A DNA stretch of 64,000 nt from positions 35,862-99,861 of the forward strand of contig JBKECI010000072.1 of NCBI GenBank assembly GCA_047974405.1, written 5' to 3'. The notes beneath the pieces are model-generated. The model was not told where the DNA came from and made no database searches. It was given only the letters and a program-made list of their open reading frames with translations. Below are positions 21,029 to 31,246 of this stretch, in pieces. The position numbers were made by a program, and so were the translations under genes. The DNA is from Paludibacteraceae bacterium (GTDB lineage: Bacteria > Bacteroidota > Bacteroidia > Bacteroidales > Paludibacteraceae). Positions within the stretch are counted from its first letter, which is position 1; every line of letters begins with the position of its first letter.

Positions 21029-23638
21029 TTGAATATGAAACAATTAAAGTTATTAGGAACATTAGTTCTATTATTCTTATCTCTTTCTCTCAATTTATCT
21101 GCGTCTCCCCCCGATTCTGCTTATATTCTTGGATATTCGACTATCGAAAGCAAAGGACACAGCGGACTCTATTTAGCTTGGAGTATCGACAGGAAAAACT
21201 GGCATTCTATTGGTGCGGAACACCGTTTCTTGTTTTGTGACTATGGAAGTTGGGGACGAGAAAAAAGAATGCTCTCTCCCTCACTATTTCTAGATAAAAG
21301 CAGTATATGGCACTGCATTTGGAGTGTAAACGAATACGACAACGTTTTTGCGCATGCTACCTCTACCGATTTGGTCTATTGGCAACCACAAACCTACCCT
21401 GAAATAATGCCCAAAAGGAATAATTGCCTCCGTCCAGAAATAGGCAATACCGATAAAAAGGGGGAGTATCAAATCACGTGGCTCAGTACCGAAGATGATG
21501 AAAATCAAGTATACAGAGTTACTACAAAAGATTTTAAATCATATACACCGGCAGAAAAAATTCCTACCACGTTGCTTGTTGATACGCGTGAAGAAATAGA
21601 AATACTCAACAGTAGGGAACGAGGTACAGTACACAAAGTCGCTTGGAGTGTTGTGGATAACTTGATCAAAGCAGCTCAACTTGCCAATTACAGCGAACAT
21701 CTTTACCAACAGAGTTCAAAAGATGATACCATCCGGTTTGCCGACTTAAAACCGGTAAATATGACCATAAAAGCAAACGTAAACGATACGAAAAAAATCA
21801 GCAACTTGCTCATAGGAGCATTTTTTGAAGATATCAACTACGCCGCCGATGGAGGGCTATATGCCGAGCTAATTCAAAACAGGGACTTTGAATATACGAT
21901 GATGGACAGGCGAAACAGCGATAAATCATGGAATCATCAAAAAGCGTGGAATGCAAAAAATATCGATTTTACTATTGATACTCTCTCGCCGATTCATCCC
22001 AACAATAAGCACTTTGCCACACTCAAAATATCAGAAATAGGAGGTATATTTTCCAATGAAGGATTTGACGGTATTTATATAGAAGGGGATAAAAAATACA
22101 ACTTATCCTTTTTCGCACGAAATCATAGCAAACTTGGCAGTAAATTAATCATAAGGCTGGCTGACGACTCCGGCAATATATTCGGACAGGCTGATATCTC
22201 GGTAAAATCATCGCAATGGGAGAAATACGAAGCCGTGATAAAAGCTATTAATACAGCAAATAAACTCCATTTGGAAATTGTTCCACAAAATATAGGAACT
22301 CTGGATTTGGATATGGTGTCGCTTTTTCCACAAAACACATTCAAAAATAGAAAAAACGGGCTCCGCACCGATTTGGCTCAAGCCATTGCGGATATCCATC
22401 CTCGCTTTGTACGTTTTCCGGGCGGCTGCGTAGCACACGGCGATGGACTTGATAATATTTACAAATGGAAAAATACCATTGGAAAACTTGAAGAACGAAC
22501 TTCCGATCGTAACATCTGGGGCTATCATCAATCGATGGGATTGGGTTATTTCGAATATTTCCAATTTTGTGAAGATATAGGAGCAGAACCTCTTCCAGTA
22601 TTAGCGGCAGGAGTTCCGTGTCAAAATTCATCTGTCGGAGGTCCGGGTCAGCAAGGAGGCATCCCTATGTGCGATATGGACAACTACGTTCAAGATATTT
22701 TGGACTTGATAGAATGGGCAAATGGAGACATCAACACAAAATGGGGAAAAATTAGAAGTCAGGCAGGACATCCAAAACCATTCGATCTCAAATATGTAGG
22801 TATAGGCAATGAGGATTTAATCAACGATATTTTTGAAGAACGTTTTACCAAAATATACAACGCAGTGAAGAAAAAGTACCCAGAAATTACCGTAGTGGGT
22901 ACAGTAGGTCCTTTTTCTGAAGGAACAGACTATATCGAAGGATGGAAAATTGCCAACAAACTAAACGTCCCAATGGTGGACGAACATTACTACCAACCCC
23001 CCGGATGGTTTATCAACAACAACGACTATTACGATAAGTACGATCGCTCCAAGTCAAAAGTATATCTCGGAGAGTATGCCGCTCACTTGCCAGGACGCCC
23101 TAATAATATCGAAACGGCAATTTCCGAGGCGCATTACCTTACTTCGCTGGAGAGAAACGGAGATATTGTAAGTATGGCATCATACGCCCCTATGTTGGCA
23201 AAAGAGGGACACACCCAATGGAACCCCAATCTGATTTATTTTAACAATGCCGAAGTGAAACCCACCGTAGGATACTTTGTGCAAAAACTCTTCGGACAAA
23301 ACTCGGGAGATATATATGTAAACAGTAAAACAATATTTTCTACAAAAAATGAAAATGTACGAAAGCAAATAGCGTCTTCGATAGTAAAAGAGAGCAAAAC
23401 CGGCGATTATATTCTGAAATTGGTCAATATTCTTCCAACAGCAACAAACGTAGAAGTTGAATTTGACGGTAGCGTATATTTTCAGCCAACAGCAGAAAAA
23501 AGTGTATTGTCGGGTATGCCACAAGATAAAAAAGCAAGACCTATCTCCGAAATTATCGAAACAGGAGGATCATTGAAATATACGCTTCTACCGTACTCTT
23601 TTACTGTAATTAGGCTACAGGCAAAACAATTTAGGTAA
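21029..23638 (+). CDS. Secreted glycoside hydrolase, GH51-like alpha-L-arabinofuranosidase with N-terminal accessory/CBM-like domains
   Basis: Signal peptide. Central (beta/alpha)8-like region with RFPGGCVAHGDG and YVGIGNEDL (GNE acid/base-like motif) resembles GH51. The family assignment is by eye only. Confidence 0.5.
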   Translation: MNMKQLKLLGTLVLLFLSLSLNLSASPPDSAYILGYSTIESKGHSGLYLAWSIDRKNWHSIGAEHRFLFCDYGSWGREKRMLSPSLFLDKSSIWHCIWSVNEYDNVFAHATSTDLVYWQPQTYPEIMPKRNNCLRPEIGNTDKKGEYQITWLSTEDDENQVYRVTTKDFKSYTPAEKIPTTLLVDTREEIEILNSRERGTVHKVAWSVVDNLIKAAQLANYSEHLYQQSSKDDTIRFADLKPVNMTIKANVNDTKKISNLLIGAFFEDINYAADGGLYAELIQNRDFEYTMMDRRNSDKSWNHQKAWNAKNIDFTIDTLSPIHPNNKHFATLKISEIGGIFSNEGFDGIYIEGDKKYNLSFFARNHSKLGSKLIIRLADDSGNIFGQADISVKSSQWEKYEAVIKAINTANKLHLEIVPQNIGTLDLDMVSLFPQNTFKNRKNGLRTDLAQAIADIHPRFVRFPGGCVAHGDGLDNIYKWKNTIGKLEERTSDRNIWGYHQSMGLGYFEYFQFCEDIGAEPLPVLAAGVPCQNSSVGGPGQQGGIPMCDMDNYVQDILDLIEWANGDINTKWGKIRSQAGHPKPFDLKYVGIGNEDLINDIFEERFTKIYNAVKKKYPEITVVGTVGPFSEGTDYIEGWKIANKLNVPMVDEHYYQPPGWFINNNDYYDKYDRSKSKVYLGEYAAHLPGRPNNIETAISEAHYLTSLERNGDIVSMASYAPMLAKEGHTQWNPNLIYFNNAEVKPTVGYFVQKLFGQNSGDIYVNSKTIFSTKNENVRKQIASSIVKESKTGDYILKLVNILPTATNVEVEFDGSVYFQPTAEKSVLSGMPQDKKARPISEIIETGGSLKYTLLPYSFTVIRLQAKQFR

Positions 23639-23661
23639 ATAAAGAAATAATACACACATTT

Positions 23662-25836
23662 ATGAAAGTGCAAAATCAAAAACTCTCTTTACAATTTTTC
23701 GGTATATTGCTGCTCCTCAATACGGCCTGTGTGCAGAATCTGCTTGCACGGGACGGTAAGTACAATGCATACCTCTTTGTCTATTTCACGGGCAATCGCA
23801 TAGACGAGGAGCAAATCAGATACGCTCTTAGCGAAGACGGTTTCAACTACAAAGCATTGAATAAGAACAAACCCATCGTTAGTTCCAAAAGCATAAGTCT
23901 TACGGGAGGTGTGCGCGACCCCCACATTTTACGCTGCCAAGATGGGAAAACTTTTTATATGGTTGTTACAGATATGGTTTCTGCCAACGGATGGAGTTCA
24001 AACAGAGGGTTGATACTGATGAAATCCAACGATTTGGTTCACTGGAAATCAACGGCAATCCATATCCCCACAGTGTTTCCCGATGAATTTGGAGACGTTT
24101 TGCGGGTGTGGGCTCCACAAACCATTTATGACCCCGTTGCCAAAAAATATATGGTCTATTTTTCGATGCTGAAAGAAGGGAAGGGTGAGTATGATAAAAT
24201 ATTCTATTGTTATGCCAATCAGGACTTTACGGCCTTAGAAACAATACCCAAACAACTTTTTTATCAGCCACAAGAAAAATCCTGTATCGACGGAGATATT
24301 ATTTACGCTCAGGGGAAGTATCATCTTTTTTTCAAAACAGAAGGAAATGGTAATGGAATAAAAAAAGCAGTGTCAGACAGGGTAAATGGCGGTTATGTAT
24401 TGGAAGACAGATACCTGCAGCAAACCAAAGATGGCGTAGAAGGCTCGGGAGTATTTAAACTCAACCATTCAGATTCATGGATTTTGATGTACGATGTGTA
24501 CACACGCGGTCGTTACCAGTTTACCGTGAGCAACGATTTGGAAAATTTCAAAGTTGTGGATAATGAAATATCAATGGATTTTCATCCCCGTCATGGTACC
24601 ATTATCCCCATAACCAAAAAGGAAAAAGAGCGTTTGGAAAGTGCGTGGTTTTCTCCGGCTGATGTATTTGAATCGGCACAATCGCCATTCTTGAAAAAAA
24701 TGAACATAGTAGTGGATACAGCAAGCAAAAAAGTAACTTTTCCCGTCAAAAACAATACCGACTTAACCCGTTTCAATCCCGATTTTAATATTCAGGGAGT
24801 CAAAATCAAGCCCACTAAGGCTGTTGATTTTTCTAAAGGGGCAGTTAAATATACCATCGCTCCAAAAGGGAAAAAGCCTGAGGAATATCTTGTAGAAGCG
24901 GTTGAAAGCAATAATCCGGTGTTGGACGGATATTATGCCGACCCCGAAATTCTCTATGCCGAAAAAACAGGAAAATTCTATATTTATCCCACCAGTGACG
25001 GTTTCACGGGATGGAGTGGAACTTATTTTAAAATTTTTTCGTCCGATAATTTAGTTGATTGGAAAGACGAAGGAAAAATCATTCAACTCGGGGTAGATGT
25101 AAAATGGGCGGACCGAAATGCTTGGGCTCCATGCATTGTGGAGAAAAAAATAGGAGGAGAATACAAGTATTTCTACTATTTTACTGCCGCACAGAAAATA
25201 GGAGTTGCTGTAGCCGACAATCCTACCGGACCTTTTGTAGATTTGGGAAAACCGCTTTTGGACAAACGCCCCGAAGGTGTCAATCGAGGGCAGGTTATCG
25301 ACCCCGATGTATTTACCGACCCCAAAACCGGTAAAAGTTACATCTATTGGGGCAACGGATTTATGGTAGGGGCAGAACTTGGAGAAGATATGGTATCAAT
25401 AAAATCTGAAACCGAAATCATACTCAAACCCGATAATACGTATAGGGAAGGGACATATGTATTTTACAGAAAGGGGAAATATTATTTTATGTGGTCTGAG
25501 GATGATACGCGAAGCGAAAACTACCGCGTGCGGTACGCCATTTCGGATACGCCACTTGGTAATTTCACAATTCCCCGAAACAATTTGGTCATAGCGAAAG
25601 ATACCGAAATGGCTATTTATGGGACGGGACACAATTCTGTACTTCAAATACCCGATAAAGACGAGTGGTACATAGTATATCACCGATTCAACTACCCTAA
25701 AGGGATAACTATGGGAGACGCGGCAGGCTTTAATCGCGAAGTGTGTATCGACAAAATGGAATTTAATGCGGATGGCACAATCAAATATATAACCCCTACT
25801 CACAAAGGTATTGCTCCGTTAAGTACAATACGCTGA
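23662..25836 (+). CDS. Glycoside hydrolase family 43 protein with two tandem five-bladed beta-propeller (GH43) domains
   Basis: Signal peptide. Domain 1 contains GGVRDPHILRCQDGKTFYMVVTD ... WAPQ. Domain 2 contains YYADPEILYAEKTGKFYIYPTSD ... AWAPCIV, the characteristic GH43 Asp/Glu blades. Confidence 0.75.
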   Translation: MKVQNQKLSLQFFGILLLLNTACVQNLLARDGKYNAYLFVYFTGNRIDEEQIRYALSEDGFNYKALNKNKPIVSSKSISLTGGVRDPHILRCQDGKTFYMVVTDMVSANGWSSNRGLILMKSNDLVHWKSTAIHIPTVFPDEFGDVLRVWAPQTIYDPVAKKYMVYFSMLKEGKGEYDKIFYCYANQDFTALETIPKQLFYQPQEKSCIDGDIIYAQGKYHLFFKTEGNGNGIKKAVSDRVNGGYVLEDRYLQQTKDGVEGSGVFKLNHSDSWILMYDVYTRGRYQFTVSNDLENFKVVDNEISMDFHPRHGTIIPITKKEKERLESAWFSPADVFESAQSPFLKKMNIVVDTASKKVTFPVKNNTDLTRFNPDFNIQGVKIKPTKAVDFSKGAVKYTIAPKGKKPEEYLVEAVESNNPVLDGYYADPEILYAEKTGKFYIYPTSDGFTGWSGTYFKIFSSDNLVDWKDEGKIIQLGVDVKWADRNAWAPCIVEKKIGGEYKYFYYFTAAQKIGVAVADNPTGPFVDLGKPLLDKRPEGVNRGQVIDPDVFTDPKTGKSYIYWGNGFMVGAELGEDMVSIKSETEIILKPDNTYREGTYVFYRKGKYYFMWSEDDTRSENYRVRYAISDTPLGNFTIPRNNLVIAKDTEMAIYGTGHNSVLQIPDKDEWYIVYHRFNYPKGITMGDAAGFNREVCIDKMEFNADGTIKYITPTHKGIAPLSTIR

Positions 25837-26045
25837 TAGAACGGCTCTTGATTTTGGATTATCTTATTTCCTGTCTCTATTCTGGCAGGCAGTAAAAAGA
25901 AGAACGAAAGGTATATCAGTTTAGCTTAGGTGTTAAAGTATGGATTCAAATTGCCGATAATAACAAGTAGCACAAAAAGATAATTTCACTTTTTTAGAAA
26001 TAACTGTCATAAAATAAGTGTAATAACTATCCAAACTTTACATTG

Positions 26046-26633
26046 CTACCCATTTAATCGAAAAGACAAACGATGGTATTTTGAATATCCGTACTCTTTC
26101 AAAGCCTTACGATGTTGTAGAGTGGCATAAGCTTTATTTTTGTCCCATCTGTATTGGGGCAATTCTTCGTGTAATTGCATCATAAACTCGTCTCGATGCG
26201 TTTTGGCGAGGATTGAGGCTGCCGCAATTGAAAGATACTTGCCGTCTCCTTTGATAATAGTTTGATGGGGGATATCTTTGAATGGATAAAATCTATTCCC
26301 ATCCACTATGATAAATTCGGGTCGAATTTTCAGCGTTTCTATTGCCTTGTGCATTGCCAGAATAGAGGCTCTCAGTATATTGATTTCATCAATTTTTGCC
26401 TCAGACACAAAGGCTACTGACCAAGCCAAAGCCTCTTTTTCGATAACTTTTTGTAAATCATTACGCTGTTTTTCGGTCAATTTTTTCGAATCGTCCAATT
26501 CCGCACATTCAAAATTGGTAGGAAGAATAACAGCAGCCGCGACCACCGGACCTGCCAAGCAACCCCGTCCTGCTTCGTCACATCCACATTCAAGCATTTT
26601 TTCTGAAAAATTATTGAGTAATCGGTTTTTCAT
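26046..26633 (-). CDS. rnhB: Ribonuclease HII
   Basis: [22 protein letters not shown] matches the RNase HII active-site region; 195 aa. Confidence 0.85.
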   Translation of the reverse strand: MKNRLLNNFSEKMLECGCDEAGRGCLAGPVVAAAVILPTNFECAELDDSKKLTEKQRNDLQKVIEKEALAWSVAFVSEAKIDEINILRASILAMHKAIETLKIRPEFIIVDGNRFYPFKDIPHQTIIKGDGKYLSIAAASILAKTHRDEFMMQLHEELPQYRWDKNKAYATLQHRKALKEYGYSKYHRLSFRLNG

Positions 26634-27183
26634 AGCGATTGTTATCGTAAAACGATATGTTGGTTTTTGTAGAATCTTTTGAATTGTTTTGTTGTTGGTC
26701 GTATATCTTTTTAGATTCTTTCCACAACGAAGGTGCCAACTTTAAAATGGGATAGTAACCAACAGATTCCTCTTTTTTCTCTTTTTTGGCAAACTGAAAA
26801 CGGGAGTCGAGTGCGTCAAAAACATTCATCATCACACTGATAATCAAAGCATATTTCAAAGCCCCTAATATTCCTCCCGCCAACGAATTGAGCCATCCAA
26901 GATTGATTCTCTTTATCAAAGCTTGGATAAACTTCGACAAAACGAACATCGCAATCAGCACAACAGTGAATATCAGAAGATAAGCAACTGTTTTTCCTGT
27001 TTTTTCAGAGACATTTAAAAAATCTGACACCCAGACTGCAACCCAAAATACAAACATTTCGGCGGCAAGCAGAGCCGCAATAATTGCCGTAAATGAGACC
27101 AATTCTTTTACAAACCCCTTGAAAAAACCGACGATCAGTCCGAGGGCAACGGGAAGAAAAATAAATAAATCGAAACTATTCAT
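26611..27183 (-). CDS. cvpA: CvpA family membrane protein
   Basis: N-terminal [24 protein letters not shown] is typical of CvpA. It has multiple transmembrane helices and overlaps rnhB by 23 nt, so the two form an operon. Confidence 0.65.
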   Translation of the reverse strand: MNSFDLFIFLPVALGLIVGFFKGFVKELVSFTAIIAALLAAEMFVFWVAVWVSDFLNVSEKTGKTVAYLLIFTVVLIAMFVLSKFIQALIKRINLGWLNSLAGGILGALKYALIISVMMNVFDALDSRFQFAKKEKKEESVGYYPILKLAPSLWKESKKIYDQQQNNSKDSTKTNISFYDNNRYEKPITQ

Positions 27184-27403
27184 CTGTTACACTTTTTCCC
27201 AAGCAAAAATAATAAAAAAAGTTCGATTTAAACAAAGCTTACTGTTATCGAAAATGCTTAATCTAAATTGCATTGAGGATTTTTGCCCTTAAATATTATT
27301 TTCGAGTGTTTTTTTGTAATTTTGCACCATTCAAAAAAAGAAACGACAGAAAATATTTTTTTGAAAATAAAAAAACCATAACCGTAAAATAGAAACAAAC
27401 CGT

Positions 27404-28675
27404 ATGCTGGCACTCAAATACATTACCGAAAACCCGGAAGAAATAATCAATCGGCTGAAACAGAAATACTTTGCTGCAGATCAAATAGTAACGAAAGTGA
27501 TTGACTTGGACGAAAAAAGAAAGACGACTCAAACCGAAGCCGATAAATTTTCGGCAGAGATGAATCTTCTCTCAAAAGAAATAGGGCAGCTTTTCAAAGA
27601 AGGGAAACAATCGGATGCCAATGACTTGAAAAAAAAGACAGTAGCTTTGAAAGAAGCAATAATTGATTTGACCAAACAACGTGAAACGATAGAACACCAG
27701 CTCAACGAACTGCTAGTAACTATCCCCAACCTGCCCCACCACTCTGTGCCGGAAGGAAAACACGCTGAGAATAACGTAATTGAACGACAAGGAGGTGATA
27801 TACCCCAACTCCACGCCGAAGCTTTGCCTCACTGGGAATTGGCAAAAAAATACGATTTGATCGATTTCGAATTGGGCGTAAAAATTTCGGGAGCAGGATT
27901 TCCTGTTTACAAAGGCAGAGGTGCCCGCCTTCAACGTGCATTAATTAATTTTTTCCTCGACAATGCCCGCGAAGCCGGATATCTCGAAATTCAGCCGCCT
28001 TACGTAGTGAATGCTGCGTCGGGCTATGGCACCGGACAGTTGCCCGACAAAGAAGGGCAGATGTACCATTGTCAGTTGGATGACTTATACCTTATACCTA
28101 CAGCCGAAGTACCGGTTACCAACATTTATCGTGATGTAATTTTGGATGAAAAAGATTTGCCCATAAAAAACACCGCTTATTCAGCCTGCTTTCGTCGGGA
28201 AGCGGGCTCTTACGGCAAGGACGTGCGAGGCTTGAACCGACTGCACCAATTCGACAAGGTAGAAATTGTACAAATTGCGCATCCCGATACTTCGTATAAC
28301 CAACTTACTGAAATGGTAAATTATGTGCAGACACTTGTTGAGCAACTTGGACTACCTTGGCGAATACTCCGACTTTGTGGTGGTGATATGAGTTTTACTT
28401 CTGCGCTTACATTCGACTTTGAGGTATTTTCGGCTGCCCAAGAGCGATGGCTTGAAGTTAGTTCTGTCTCCAATTTTGAAAGTTATCAAGCTAATCGACT
28501 TAAATGTCGGTTCAAAGGTGCTGACAAGAAAACTCAGCTTTGCCACACACTCAATGGCAGTGCATTGGCACTCCCGAGAATTGTTGCCGCGTTGCTCGAA
28601 AACAATCAAACGCCCGAAGGGATAAAAATCCCCCATGCTTTGATTCCCTATACAGGATTCAAAATCATAGATTAA
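27404..28675 (+). CDS. serS: Serine--tRNA ligase
   Basis: N-terminal coiled-coil arm followed by a class II aaRS core (FRREAGSYGKDVRGLNRLHQFDKVE, motifs 2/3); 423 aa. Confidence 0.9.
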   Translation: MLALKYITENPEEIINRLKQKYFAADQIVTKVIDLDEKRKTTQTEADKFSAEMNLLSKEIGQLFKEGKQSDANDLKKKTVALKEAIIDLTKQRETIEHQLNELLVTIPNLPHHSVPEGKHAENNVIERQGGDIPQLHAEALPHWELAKKYDLIDFELGVKISGAGFPVYKGRGARLQRALINFFLDNAREAGYLEIQPPYVVNAASGYGTGQLPDKEGQMYHCQLDDLYLIPTAEVPVTNIYRDVILDEKDLPIKNTAYSACFRREAGSYGKDVRGLNRLHQFDKVEIVQIAHPDTSYNQLTEMVNYVQTLVEQLGLPWRILRLCGGDMSFTSALTFDFEVFSAAQERWLEVSSVSNFESYQANRLKCRFKGADKKTQLCHTLNGSALALPRIVAALLENNQTPEGIKIPHALIPYTGFKIID

Positions 28676-28767
28676 AATTATTTAACTTCGGTTTCCCATA
28701 TTGTTACAACGCAGAACATTGGTTGTCGGTTGTCAATTGAAATAAATTCTTTCAGCGATCAACAGAT

Positions 28768-28792
28768 AATTGTAATACCCTTTGTTACAATT
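28768..28792. promoter_or_regulatory. Inverted repeat AATTGTAA-N9-TTACAATT upstream of the Rrf2 regulator gene (candidate operator)
   Basis: An 8-bp perfect inverted repeat lies 30 nt upstream of the Rrf2 start. It shares the TGTAAYA half-site with a second palindrome at 29250-29274. Confidence 0.4.
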
Positions 28793-28822
28793 TAAAAGTT
28801 TTTCATTACCTTTACTTTTGGA

Positions 28823-29233
28823 ATGAACAATACACGATTTGCAACAGCAATACACATACTCACGCTTTTGGGAGCTAAAGCAAACGAGTGGTTGAGTTCT
28901 GATTACATCGCAGGGAGCATCAACATAAATCCCGTAATGGTCAGGAAAGAATTAGGCGTATTGACTAAAACCGGTCTGGTAATTACTAAAAAAGGGAAAG
29001 AAGGCGGGGCCAAGTTGAGTAAACCCAGTGAAGAAATTTTGCTCTCGGATATTTATGCAGCAGTAAACCACATAGAAATATTGGGAAAAAGAAATGTCAA
29101 TACCAATATAAAATGTCCCATCGGAAAGCAAATTAATCACCATCTATCACTCTTATTTGTCGAAATAGATGAAAAAAACAGGCAAGTGTTGGGAGAAAAA
29201 AATTTAAGTATGTTTATAAAACTCTTTGAATAA
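28823..29233 (+). CDS. Rrf2 family transcriptional regulator
   Basis: N-terminal winged-helix region FATAIHILTLLGAKANEWLSSDYIAGSININPVMVRKELGVLTKTGLV; 136 aa. Confidence 0.8.
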   Translation: MNNTRFATAIHILTLLGAKANEWLSSDYIAGSININPVMVRKELGVLTKTGLVITKKGKEGGAKLSKPSEEILLSDIYAAVNHIEILGKRNVNTNIKCPIGKQINHHLSLLFVEIDEKNRQVLGEKNLSMFIKLFE

Positions 29234-29249
29234 TTTTTTTTTTGAACAT

Positions 29250-29274
29250 ATATGTAACAACTCTTGTTACATAT
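29250..29274. promoter_or_regulatory. Perfect 11-bp inverted repeat ATATGTAACAA-ctc-TTGTTACATAT between the Rrf2 and NmrA-like genes (candidate Rrf2 operator)
   Basis: Seen directly in the sequence. It lies 48 nt upstream of the NmrA-like start. Confidence 0.45.
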
Positions 29275-29321
29275 AGCAGAAAGTAAAATAAATTGTATAA
29301 CGAATTAATAAACTTTAAACA

Positions 29322-30167
29322 ATGAAGATTGCAATTGCAGGAGCTACAGGTCAATTGGGACACATAGTCGTAGCAAAATTAAAAGAAAAAACAGCTTCCG
29401 AAAATTTAGTGGCATTGGCGCGCACACCCGAGAAAGCGACAAATTTGGGCATTGAAATACGCACTTTTGATTACGCGAAAGCAGACGATCAGTCCGAAGC
29501 CTTAAAAGGTGTGGATACGCTGTTGCTCATTTCAAGTAGTGAAGTGGGGGAACGTGCGGTGCAACACAAGAGTGTGATTGATGCGGCTAAAAAAGCCAGC
29601 GTAAAACGAATTGTTTACACCAGCATATTGCGTGCATCGACATCCGATATGGCTTTAGCATCAGAACATTTTATAACTGAAAAGGCTTTAATTGTGTCAG
29701 GAATTGATTATACTATTTTGAGAAATGGATGGTACACTGAAAATTACGCAGGTAATATTTCAGGAGCAATACAGGCGGGTGCGGTAATTGGCAGTGCAGG
29801 CGAAGGCAAAATTTCGTCGGCAACGCGTGAAGATTTTGCCGAAGCGGCAGCAGTGGTATTGACAAGCGAAGGGCATGAGAATAAAACGTACGAATTGGCA
29901 GGTGACGAAGCCTATACATTAAGCGAGTTCGCTGCTGAAATTTCCAAACAAACCGGAAAAAATATCCCGTATAACAACCTTCCAGAAACAGATTATACGC
30001 AAGTGTTAATCAAGGTTGGCATTCCGGAATCTTTTGCCAAAATATTGGCAGACAGTGATGCTAAAGCTTCGAAAGGCTCGTTGTATTCCGATGATAAAAC
30101 ATTGTCAAAATTGATAGGGCATTCCACTACACCTATGGCAACTACTGTAAAAAGGTTTATCCAATAA
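29322..30167 (+). CDS. NmrA/SDR-family NAD(P)H-binding oxidoreductase
   Basis: Rossmann motif MKIAIAGATGQLGHIV at the N-terminus and a 281-aa atypical-SDR / NmrA-like layout. Confidence 0.7.
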   Translation: MKIAIAGATGQLGHIVVAKLKEKTASENLVALARTPEKATNLGIEIRTFDYAKADDQSEALKGVDTLLLISSSEVGERAVQHKSVIDAAKKASVKRIVYTSILRASTSDMALASEHFITEKALIVSGIDYTILRNGWYTENYAGNISGAIQAGAVIGSAGEGKISSATREDFAEAAAVVLTSEGHENKTYELAGDEAYTLSEFAAEISKQTGKNIPYNNLPETDYTQVLIKVGIPESFAKILADSDAKASKGSLYSDDKTLSKLIGHSTTPMATTVKRFIQ

Positions 30168-30517
30168 CTTTATTAATTTCAAACACTCAACAAAACTCTC
30201 GATAATTATTGCTATCGGGAGTTTTTAGTTAAATTTAACAGTTGAGTTAAACGCATTTGTTTTTCGGGCGAGTTCTTTCGTCGGGGAATGTTCAATGTAA
30301 TATTCTGTTAACCAACCGCTTTTGTTCTCTTTAAGAACGGTAGGCAGATAGATATATTTTTCTGCCCCAAACTTGGTGAAATTTTGAAATATAGCCATTT
30401 TTTTACGATAAGTGATAACCACCGTAAAAAAATGTTACGTTTTTGTTGCAGTAAATTTCGCAACAAATTAAAAATTAAATTGTAAAAATAGGAAATTCAA
30501 TTATTTACAAAATAAAG

Positions 30518-30599
30518 TGCGCGGGATGAGACTCGAACTCACACACCGTAACCGGCACTACCCCCTCAAAGTAGCGTGTCTACCAATTTCACCACCCGC
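30518..30599 (-). tRNA. tRNA-Leu (anticodon GAG)
   Basis: Reverse complement reads GCGCGGG-TG-GTGAAATTGGTAGACAC-G-CTACT-TTGAGGG-GGTAG-[long variable arm]-GTGAGTTCGAGTCTCAT-CCCGCGC-A: a cloverleaf with a GAG anticodon and a class II long variable arm. Confidence 0.8.
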
Positions 30600-30650
30600 G
30601 CAAGATATTTGTTTGATGTCTGTCAGAAAAATAGAATTATTTCTGCTTTG

Positions 30651-30734
30651 TGTGCCCAAAACAGGACTCGAACCTGCACAGCGTTGCCGCCACTAGTCCC
30701 TGAAACTAGCGTGTCTACCAATTCCACCATTTGG
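30651..30734 (-). tRNA. tRNA-Leu (anticodon CAG)
   Basis: Reverse complement reads GCCCAAA-TG-GTGGAATTGGTAGACAC-G-CTAGT-TTCAGGG-ACTAG-[long variable arm]-GCAGGTTCGAGTCCTGT-TTTGGGC-A. Confidence 0.8.
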
Positions 30735-30800
30735 GCAGTTTTTGAGAGAAAAAAAGCGAAACTCTCTTGTTTCGCCAAACGATACTATGTTTTTCTCTTG

Positions 30801-30873
30801 AGCGAAAAACGGGACTCGAACCCGCGACACCGACCTTGGCAAGGTCGTGATCTACCAACTGAGCTATTTTCGC
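30801..30873 (-). tRNA. tRNA-Gly (anticodon GCC); the D-stem carries one C:U mismatch
   Basis: Reverse complement reads GCGAAAA-TA-GCTC-AGTTGGTA-GATC-A-CGACC-TTGCCAA-GGTCG-GTGTC-GCGGGTTCGAGTCCCGT-TTTTCGC-T. The D-stem 3' strand reads GATC where GAGC is expected. Confidence 0.7.
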
Positions 30874-31246
30874 ATTTTTATTGTTATATTTGTTGTACCG
30901 ACTTTGGTTCTTTCTTGCTTAAAATCAAATGTTTCCAATTTTTTGGCAAGACTATACTACACAACTGAACTATTCTTTGTATAAAACGGAGTGCAAAGAT
31001 AATCTTTTTTTTGCTTTTTGCAAATAATTGGGAGAATTTATTCTCGCGTATTATATTTTCAAAATAAATGAGATTTCGTGTTAATTACAGTTGATAGTAA
31101 TATCTTATTGCCAATCAGCAAATTGTATATGTACTCATTTTTTAAAAGCTGCTTAGCAATACGAAAACTTCCAAATCTATTGTCTATTTCGGAAGTTTTC
31201 ATTTGCTTTATTCTAAAAATATATATCTGTTTTGAATCGGATTATT

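Noticed and set aside
27300-27330. Possible Bacteroidota -7 promoter motif TAATTTTG upstream of serS
   Set aside because: It matches the TAnnTTTG consensus, but there is no clear -33 TTTG at the proper spacing and similar strings occur by chance in AT-rich DNA, so it is not reported as a feature.
30576-30968. 130-aa + strand ORF
   Set aside because: It overlaps all three minus-strand tRNA genes; tRNA structure explains the sequence conservation, and coding is implausible.
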